Position numbers and translations under genes: made by a program | The notes under the pieces: model-generated | Told to the model about the DNA's origin: nothing | What the model saw: only the letters and a program-made list of their open reading frames with translations | The model's database searches: none | Shown: positions 57,302 to 64,000 of the stretch, in pieces | How positions within the stretch are numbered: position 1 is the first letter of the stretch | Layout: every line of letters begins with the position of its first letter | IMG/VR virus record: IMGVR_UViG_3300006874_000013 | Location: 1 to 64,000 of that record | Source: a virus | DNA: 64,000 nt | Reading direction: 5' to 3' (one strand)

Positions 57302-59749
57302 TTAATTATCGCCTGGACCCATTCCAAACATATTCTCATCAAAGTTATTAGTTTCTTCTTTTTCTTCAACCTCTTCAACCTCTGTTTCAGTTTTCTTCAA
57401 AAGGTTAGTGCCTACAATTCTTGATGCTGTAACGTTTGTGGTAAACCTACCACCATTAAACGTACACACACTAGATATATATCTATATAGGCCGCTAAAG
57501 GTCCTGGATTCTCCGTCGTATTGCCAGTAGCCACTATTATATGCACTGTCCTCATCACGCCAGTCAATATCAAATTTTTCTGGTGCTTTGATTCTCAGTA
57601 TAAAATGATTATCGTTGTGGTACCAGTCTGCACTTTCTTCATCGCTTCTTTCTATTCCAGGTGCACCTAAATACCAAGGATCTCCTCTGATTTCCATATC
57701 TAATCTAATTAAAAATGATCTGTCTTGCATGTGTTGATCAACAAGATTTCCAAACAGAGTATTTCTCACACTGTTTGATTTGTATGTGGCTTCTTTGACT
57801 GGATTAGAAGAAACATTTGTGCTTTTGGTTTGAGGGTCACTTAGTGATTCGTCAACCTCAACTTTGGTAAATCCAAGTTCTGTTAATACATCAGATGATT
57901 GTGAACTGTCACTAGCCAATACCAAATCAGTGCTATAAATGTAAGGAGATTCATCTGGTTCATAACTGTCTACGGGCGTTACATTAATTACATTATCGTA
58001 TCCCAACGAACCAGCAAGATCTGATGCAGTATTACTGTCTATGCCACCTATGAGATCATCTAAAGCATCATCGTCACCCGAAGTAAGTATAGCAGTAACC
58101 TCATCAAGATCGGCGCCTGTTAATTCTGATAATGTACTTAATGCTGTGTTAACCGAATCCAATCCCTCATCTATTTTATCTTTGATATCGTTGAAGAAAG
58201 ATTTTATGCTGTCTAAGTCATTTTCTTTTTTGGCTTCTTTTTCTTTTTCAACTTCAGATTCAACTGTGGTTTCTTGATCTTGAGGAATAGTTGTACTAAG
58301 TTTGTTTGATTCCGCAACTGAAAAACTGCCTACGGAACCAAAACCTGGTGCTAACAGTAATGCCACACCAGCATCATATTTTATATCTAATGCAATAATT
58401 TGATCATTCAGTCCAGTAAAAATATAATTGTATGCTTTTTTAAGACCGCTTTCAGCAATTATTTGTTCTAGGCGTGACTGTGCCGAATCTGTTTTGAGAT
58501 CTTGTTCATCTTCTTTAACTGCAATGTCAGTTCTAGAACTTTTATAAAGCACAGGTATATACTTGTATTTGTAAGCATACACTTTTCTTTTGCTGTCGTA
58601 CCCAGTAGTTTCTGTTATTGCATTAAGCCTATACCAACTCACATAGGCTTGCTCCGGTTTAGAATCTGATCCTGGATCCTCAATATCATCTCTTCGTGTG
58701 ATTTTTGTATAAAACTCATCGTTCATGCTAAGTAATGTTGCAAAAAATTGATCTATGGTTGTTCCAATTGGAAATGTAATTTTGTCACCATCTATGATTT
58801 TTTCTGGTGAGCCATCATTTTCAATTTTCTTGGTTTGAACAATAGCAGATTCACGTTCTATAGCATCAGCCACACTAGCAAGTTCATTCATTTGTCTGTT
58901 TATTCTTTCAGCATCTTGTGTATCGGATGTTAGCAAGTCTTGATTTTTGATTGTGTAAAAATCGTCTTCTGCATCACCTTTGTTAATTAACTGTGATAAA
59001 TCAAATTCATATTGGTCGGGTGTTTCACTATCAGACAACTCTTCGTAGTATTTGTTAAGTGCATCTTTTAGTACGTTTACATGGTCTTCTATGGTTTTGC
59101 CACTGGTTGATATTTCAATTGGCAATTTATATACGGAACGTCTAAATGCAAAACTCTGTAGTGATGCACAGATAAAGTCATATTTACTGCCACCATTGTC
59201 TATGGCTACAGTAAAGTTTCTAACTGCTAATTTGTATCTATATGGGCCTGATATTACCAGAGGGGAACCACCCTCATCTAATATTTCTGAACCACCTTCA
59301 CTGGCAGTTGGTCCTGTGTATCCTTGAAACCTTATCTCCAAAAACAAGTTTGGATTGACATTTGGTTTCATGCCTAAATATTTCATTGCCAATTTCATTT
59401 CGTCTATGAATGTAGCAGAGCCTGGTTGCGTAATAGTAAATTTTACACCAACTGAATTTGGGCCATTGGCATTACTGAGATTAGTAATTTCAACATTATC
59501 TATGAGATTCCCGCCTACTACTCCTGTTTGTGCTAGTATAACCATGTCCCCTGGATTTTCAGGTGCAAGTGATGGATCAGGACTTGATAGTTCGTCTTTG
59601 GCGTCTTTGGTTAATGTATCATTCATCATATAAAGACGAATGTTGTATGTTGGATTAGAAAAATAGTCTAAGACGTTTCCGTAAACCTTACCAACATAAG
59701 GATCGTTAAATTCAGGTATTCTTGCATTTGAACCGAGAAATCTAGCCAT
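57302..59749 (-). CDS. Baseplate hub-like protein (gp27/gpD-like)
   Basis: Located between the gp53-like and gp5 genes; C-terminal MEIRGDPWYL...FSGLYRY...FNGGRFT resembles hub proteins. Confidence 0.55.
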   Translation of the reverse strand: MARFLGSNARIPEFNDPYVGKVYGNVLDYFSNPTYNIRLYMMNDTLTKDAKDELSSPDPSLAPENPGDMVILAQTGVVGGNLIDNVEITNLSNANGPNSVGVKFTITQPGSATFIDEMKLAMKYLGMKPNVNPNLFLEIRFQGYTGPTASEGGSEILDEGGSPLVISGPYRYKLAVRNFTVAIDNGGSKYDFICASLQSFAFRRSVYKLPIEISTSGKTIEDHVNVLKDALNKYYEELSDSETPDQYEFDLSQLINKGDAEDDFYTIKNQDLLTSDTQDAERINRQMNELASVADAIERESAIVQTKKIENDGSPEKIIDGDKITFPIGTTIDQFFATLLSMNDEFYTKITRRDDIEDPGSDSKPEQAYVSWYRLNAITETTGYDSKRKVYAYKYKYIPVLYKSSRTDIAVKEDEQDLKTDSAQSRLEQIIAESGLKKAYNYIFTGLNDQIIALDIKYDAGVALLLAPGFGSVGSFSVAESNKLSTTIPQDQETTVESEVEKEKEAKKENDLDSIKSFFNDIKDKIDEGLDSVNTALSTLSELTGADLDEVTAILTSGDDDALDDLIGGIDSNTASDLAGSLGYDNVINVTPVDSYEPDESPYIYSTDLVLASDSSQSSDVLTELGFTKVEVDESLSDPQTKSTNVSSNPVKEATYKSNSVRNTLFGNLVDQHMQDRSFLIRLDMEIRGDPWYLGAPGIERSDEESADWYHNDNHFILRIKAPEKFDIDWRDEDSAYNSGYWQYDGESRTFSGLYRYISSVCTFNGGRFTTNVTASRIVGTNLLKKTETEVEEVEEKEETNNFDENMFGMGPGDN

Positions 59750-59751
59750 TG

Positions 59752-60072
59752 TTAACCTTTCAAAGAATTCACAGAGCTCTTCGAAGGTAAAATTATTTTA
59801 GTGCCGGCCTTAAAGTCTCTGATTGGGTCTTTTAATATATCAGGATTTCTAAGTGAGAACACCCACCATAATCGTGAATTTTCGTATATAGCATAAGCCA
59901 ATAGATCTGGGCGTTCATCGTACATGGGAGCAATTACATAACTCTCATCTTTCAGTGTGCTTTTAATTTTAGGCAATTCGTTAAGTCCTAAAAACTTATT
60001 ATCAATAAGTTCATCTTTACGAATAAAACTATCTCCACGATAAATTTGCTTGTTGTCTGCTGATTTAGCCAT
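59752..60072 (-). CDS. gp53: Baseplate wedge subunit (T4 gp53-like, LysM-like)
   Basis: YDERPDLLAYAIYENSRLWWVFSLRNPDILKDP...G..IILP signature. Confidence 0.85.
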   Translation of the reverse strand: MAKSADNKQIYRGDSFIRKDELIDNKFLGLNELPKIKSTLKDESYVIAPMYDERPDLLAYAIYENSRLWWVFSLRNPDILKDPIRDFKAGTKIILPSKSSVNSLKG

Positions 60073-60992
60073 TAAATAAATCCTGGTAATGTGCCGTTGG
60101 CAACATTGTGTATACTAAAGTTCCTTCTCACTCTGTGAGGTGTGTATGCTGTTGATAAGTTAAGCATGATGTTTGAACGCGAAGGCACATAGGTCACTTT
60201 ATCACCAAAGGTAACTGGTACATAGTCAACATCATCTGGATACTGAATAGTGTAGTTTGAAATAACTACTGGTATTTTATTAAATCCATATTCGCCCATA
60301 TATTCAAATAACAATACCGGAGGTGGCGTACCATAATCTTTATCAACCACTGCTCTATCACCATAATAACCTTTTGTTGCAATTTTTATAAATGTGTAAA
60401 CTGCTAAAAGATATCTTGCTTCATAATTATTAGTAGCATAGAAGTCTGCCGCAACTGGCAATTCAGGTGGTACACTTTTGTTAAATGTTTGAACAGGATA
60501 ATTCATACCTTGTTCTTGGTGAGTTTCATACTCTGCTGTACCTGATAAGAATATCTGTGGCGTTGTCTGCCATACTAAACCGCCCGAGTCTTGTATGGGT
60601 TGCATTAAATATTGGTCTGCACCTAATGCATTGTAAAATGTTTCTTCGCCACCTTTTTTTGGACGCAGTCTTGCTCTCCAGTCATAGTTTTCCATGTGAG
60701 GCTGACCAGTGTCTAGTGTTAACTCATCAGTAGATGCTGTATTAATAAAACTTTTCTTCTCTTCAAGGGATTCTGCTAACTTTTGTGCAATAACCGTATC
60801 AAATGATGAGCTACCATAATCGGCCTGGGTTCCACCAAAGCCAGGAAAAACTTTACCTAGCAATCCACCGGCTATATCACCAAGCAGTGGATTCTTATTT
60901 CTAAGTTTGTCAATACCTTTGGCCGCGGCTTGGTTAAGCACATTATCAATTGCTGTGGTAGTACTTGTAAAATCTTCTGGTCCTAGTGCCAT
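60072..60992 (-). CDS. Tail tube initiator/baseplate-tube junction protein (gp48/gp54-like)
   Basis: GTPPPVLLFEYMGEYGFNKIPVVISNYTIQYPDDVDYV tube-like motif. Start revised to ATG 60992 (SD AGGAG, downstream of GATAAATA). Confidence 0.6.
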   Translation of the reverse strand: MALGPEDFTSTTTAIDNVLNQAAAKGIDKLRNKNPLLGDIAGGLLGKVFPGFGGTQADYGSSSFDTVIAQKLAESLEEKKSFINTASTDELTLDTGQPHMENYDWRARLRPKKGGEETFYNALGADQYLMQPIQDSGGLVWQTTPQIFLSGTAEYETHQEQGMNYPVQTFNKSVPPELPVAADFYATNNYEARYLLAVYTFIKIATKGYYGDRAVVDKDYGTPPPVLLFEYMGEYGFNKIPVVISNYTIQYPDDVDYVPVTFGDKVTYVPSRSNIMLNLSTAYTPHRVRRNFSIHNVANGTLPGFI

Positions 60993-61009
60993 GGTTTCTC
61001 CTATAGTTG

Positions 61010-61041
61010 TATTTATCGAAATAGTTAAAACTAGTGTTAAT
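61010..61041 (-). promoter_or_regulatory. Late promoter GATAAATA with upstream near-palindrome TTAACACTAGTTTTAA
   Basis: Same spacing and nearly the same sequence as the 53900-53931 element. Confidence 0.7.
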
Positions 61042-61064
61042 AGCCACATTTAGTACATTTTAGG

Positions 61065-61093
61065 TTGACATAAAGGTATATATATTATATACT
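61065..61093 (+). promoter_or_regulatory. Sigma70-type early/middle promoter
   Basis: TTGACA (61065-61070), 17 nt, TATACT (61088-61093), then SD AGGAG before ATG 61126. Confidence 0.85.
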
Positions 61094-61125
61094 GTTTGTT
61101 AAATTAATCTATTATAGGAGACTCA

Positions 61126-62007
61126 ATGGCAGTCGCAAAGAAAACAAATTACCTAAACAACAAAGACATATTAAAAGAAATACACAAAAGCAAAATGAGT
61201 TTTTGTTGGTTAACTGACGAGCAATACAGCATCTATGATATCATTTTAGATGATGTCAGCGAAATTAATTCTAACACATTGCTGGCCGCAAAAGAAAACA
61301 AGGCCGCTAGATTACAAAGTGAAGCCTATGCTGAAGCAATGAGTACACATGACAAGAAAAATTATCGAAATAAACCAAAGCAAAAAGACTTTGCTGTAGA
61401 TATAGAGACCATAGGAGATGACGAAGTTGTGTTTCGCATCATGACTTACGATCACATTCCTGAAGAAGAAGGTCGTAAAAAGAATCCAAAAACAGTAGCA
61501 GACACAAAAGCAAAAGTAAACTTCCCTCCATTTCAGCATTATGCGTATGTAGGTAAGCAACTTAAAGAAGTAGCAAGAAGCCATTGGAAGGGCGATATTG
61601 CTACTGGCACGTTTGATGCAAAACACGGACAGATCACAAATAAACTAGGAACTATGTTCTTAAAACTAGTAGAACGTTACAGTCATAGAGCAAACTGGCG
61701 TGGCTACACTTATGTAGACGAAATGCGTGGACAAGCATTAGTCCAACTAAGCCAAGTGGGCCTTCAGTTTAACGAAGCAAAATCTGATAATCCTTTTGCT
61801 TACTATACTGCGGCAGTGAACAACAGTTTTACCAGAGTTCTAAACTTAGAAAAGAGAAATCAAACTATCAGAGATGATATCCTTATTGAGCAAGGTCACT
61901 TACCAAGTTTCAGCAGACAAATTGCACACGAAGATGAAATGAAAAGGTTACGTGAAAGTGCTGAAAAAGAACCCACAAATTCAGACACAGAGGCATTCGA
62001 TTACTAA
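61126..62007 (+). CDS. gp55: Late-transcription sigma factor (T4 gp55-like)
   Basis: NYLNNKDIL..., RYSHRANWRGYTYVDEM, FNEAKSDNPFAYYT...NSFTRVLNLEKRNQ; gp55-gp47-gp46 synteny. Confidence 0.85.
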   Translation: MAVAKKTNYLNNKDILKEIHKSKMSFCWLTDEQYSIYDIILDDVSEINSNTLLAAKENKAARLQSEAYAEAMSTHDKKNYRNKPKQKDFAVDIETIGDDEVVFRIMTYDHIPEEEGRKKNPKTVADTKAKVNFPPFQHYAYVGKQLKEVARSHWKGDIATGTFDAKHGQITNKLGTMFLKLVERYSHRANWRGYTYVDEMRGQALVQLSQVGLQFNEAKSDNPFAYYTAAVNNSFTRVLNLEKRNQTIRDDILIEQGHLPSFSRQIAHEDEMKRLRESAEKEPTNSDTEAFDY

Positions 62008-63023
62008 TGAGTTCGCTGTTTAAGACAGCGGCTTGCTTTACAGATATACACTACGGATTAAAGCAAAACAGCCGCTTACATTTAGACGACTGTCATAGAT
62101 ATATTGACTGGTTCATTGCAGAAGCAAAAGCAAGGAATGCAGAAACCTGCATATTCCTCGGAGACTGGAGTCATCATAGAGCAAGTGTAAATGTTGCTAC
62201 ACTGAATGCTTCAATTCAAGATCTAAAAAAACTTAATGACGCATTTGAAAAAGTGTATTTCATTACAGGTAATCACGATTTGTATTACAGAGATAAACGT
62301 GAACTAAACAGCATTGAGTATGCCAGAGACCTTTCTAACTTTGTTATGGTCGATGACATGTTCCTTGAAGATGACGTTGCTATTGTACCGTGGCTTGTAG
62401 GCGACGATTACAAAACTGTAGCAAAAATGAAATGCAAATACATGTTTGGGCATTTCGAATTACCGTACTTCAAAATGAATGCAATGGTAGAAATGCCAGA
62501 CCATGGTGGCATCAATGACACAATGTTAAGTGGTCCTGAGTATGTGTTCAGTGGACACTTCCACAAACGTCAATACAAAAACAACATACACTACATTGGC
62601 AATGCTTTCCCACATAATTATGCAGACGTTTCAGATGATGAACGTGGTGCTATGTTTTTAACATGGGGCGAAGAACCTGTGTATGTGAATTGGGGTGAAT
62701 GTCCTAAGTATAGAGTTTTTACACTTAAACAATTACTTGATGATCATGAAAATCTACTTGACAACTATACGTATGCTCGTGTAAAATTAGATATAAGCAT
62801 TAGTTACGAAGAAGCAACTTTTATTAAAGAAAAGTTTGCTGAACAATATAATGTTAGAGAATTACAATTACTGCCTATCAAAGAAGAAGAAAACGAGTTT
62901 GAAGGTGGCGAGATTAAATTTGAAAGTGTTGATCAGATTGTTATTAATCAATTAGAAACAATCGAAAGTAACACAGTGGACAAACAAAAACTTATTGATA
63001 TCTATAACGGTTTAGAAATATAG
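62007..63023 (+). CDS. gp47: Recombination endonuclease subunit (T4 gp47/Mre11/SbcD-like)
   Basis: Metallophosphoesterase motifs DIHYG, LGDW, GNHD, GHFE and SGHFH. Confidence 0.92.
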   Translation: MSSLFKTAACFTDIHYGLKQNSRLHLDDCHRYIDWFIAEAKARNAETCIFLGDWSHHRASVNVATLNASIQDLKKLNDAFEKVYFITGNHDLYYRDKRELNSIEYARDLSNFVMVDDMFLEDDVAIVPWLVGDDYKTVAKMKCKYMFGHFELPYFKMNAMVEMPDHGGINDTMLSGPEYVFSGHFHKRQYKNNIHYIGNAFPHNYADVSDDERGAMFLTWGEEPVYVNWGECPKYRVFTLKQLLDDHENLLDNYTYARVKLDISISYEEATFIKEKFAEQYNVRELQLLPIKEEENEFEGGEIKFESVDQIVINQLETIESNTVDKQKLIDIYNGLEI

Positions 63024-63024
63024 T

Positions 63025-64000
63025 ATGCTGAAAATTAAAAATGTGAGTGCCAAAAACTTTATGAGTATTGGCGCACAGACGCAGGCAGTTAATTTTGGAG
63101 ATTGCCAACTTACATTAGTTTTAGGACATAATTTGGACTTGGGTGGTGACGGTAGCAGAAATGGTACTGGTAAAACCACTATCATTAATGCACTCAGTTA
63201 TGCACTGTATGGCGATGCTCTCACAAACATTCGCAAAGACAATCTCATAAACAAAACAAACGGTAAGCAAATGATTGTTACTGTTGACTTTGAAATTGAC
63301 GACGTGTCATATAGAATTGAACGTGGGCGTAGACCTAACACACTGAAGTTTTTTGTTGACGGGACTGAACCTGGTGATGGTGAACAACAAGGCGATAGCA
63401 GAGAAACACAAAAAGAAATTGAAAAAGTAATTGGCTTCCCACATGAAATGTTCAAGCAACTTATTGCACTGAACACTTACACGGAACCTTTCCTCAGTCT
63501 CAAAGCAAACGATCAACGTGCAATGATTGAGCAACTGCTTGGTATCACAGAGTTGTCGCAAAAAGCAGAATTACTTAAAGAGTTATTAAAGCAAACAAAA
63601 GACAATATTAAAGAAGAAGAAATTAAAATTACTGCTATCAAGAACAGCAACGAAAGAATAGAAAAAAATATTACAGAGATCGAAAGTCGCAGTAGAGCAT
63701 GGGATAAAACACATCAAGATAAAGTTGTAGATCTTAAAAATGTTGTTGAAACTATGCAAGAAATTGACATTGATGTTGAACTAGAAAAACACAAACACAA
63801 TGCAGAAGTTAAAGAACAAACTGATTCGTTAAAAACATTAGAAAACGAATTGGAAAGAAACAGCACATCTCTTACTCGCAGTAATAAAAAAATACAAGAA
63901 CTAAAAGATAATATTGTAAAAGCAGAAGAAGGTGTATGTCCTGCATGTGAACAAAGTACAGCACACTTAGATACACACGAAGAATACACACAAGATTTAC
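63025..64000 (+). CDS. gp46: Recombination ATPase subunit (T4 gp46/Rad50/SbcC-like), partial (runs off the window end)
   Basis: Not in the ORF track. MLKIKNVSAKNFMSIG..., Walker A GSRNGTGKTT, a coiled coil, and the zinc-hook CPAC near 63937-63948. Confidence 0.92.
   Translation, partial: MLKIKNVSAKNFMSIGAQTQAVNFGDCQLTLVLGHNLDLGGDGSRNGTGKTTIINALSYALYGDALTNIRKDNLINKTNGKQMIVTVDFEIDDVSYRIERGRRPNTLKFFVDGTEPGDGEQQGDSRETQKEIEKVIGFPHEMFKQLIALNTYTEPFLSLKANDQRAMIEQLLGITELSQKAELLKELLKQTKDNIKEEEIKITAIKNSNERIEKNITEIESRSRAWDKTHQDKVVDLKNVVETMQEIDIDVELEKHKHNAEVKEQTDSLKTLENELERNSTSLTRSNKKIQELKDNIVKAEEGVCPACEQSTAHLDTHEEYTQDL

Noticed and set aside
12981-59633. Numerous 60-226-aa plus-strand ORFs antisense to structural genes (e.g. 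14280..14873, 55798..56478)
   Set aside because: These are shadow ORFs from the codon bias of Gly/Thr/Asn/Asp-rich genes on the minus strand. They have Pro/Ser/Val/Leu-rich nonsense composition and no SD or promoter.
63198-63989. Minus-strand ORFs at the right end
   Set aside because: They are antisense to the gp46 ATPase (63025 onward, plus), which has a Walker A motif and a zinc hook.
1-64000. Alternative genetic code (stop-codon reassignment) as seen in some jumbo phages
   Set aside because: Very long ORFs are open in the standard code, genes end in TAA, TAG and TGA, and coding density is already near complete.

Overview
This window is 64 kb of an AT-rich, gene-dense genome from a large T4-related (jumbo-type) myophage, read in the standard genetic code. 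No tRNA, rRNA or CRISPR array is visible. From left to right it holds four blocks. (i) 1-11.9 kb: a mostly minus-strand sugar/modification cluster with three radical SAM enzymes carrying N-terminal twitch-like Cys motifs, a UDP-glucose dehydrogenase homolog, a degenerate NeuB-like protein, four glycosyltransferase-like proteins, an ADP-ribosyltransferase-like gene and several small ORFs. (ii) 12-23.9 kb: a tail-fibre/adhesin region with two paralogous fibres ending in different autocleaving chaperone domains and a 1577-aa protein with 11 Cys-paired repeats. (iii) 24-61 kb: a baseplate/tail module with two giant proteins (3304 and 5038 aa, the larger ending in a complete mini-intein/Hint domain) plus gp6-, gp25-, gp5-, hub-, gp53- and tube-initiator-like genes. 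(iv) 61-64 kb: a divergent sigma70-driven operon with gp55 (late sigma), gp47 and the start of gp46. The most notable signals are the C-terminal Hint domain at the junction of the two giant baseplate ORFs; a GATAAATA late-promoter system with apparently leaderless mRNAs and an upstream CTAG-centred palindrome in front of baseplate operons; several enzymes with substituted catalytic residues (Ugd, NeuB, gp5 lysozyme); and a candidate virion-glycosylation/modification pathway. All family assignments come from motif recognition by eye; no database searches were run.
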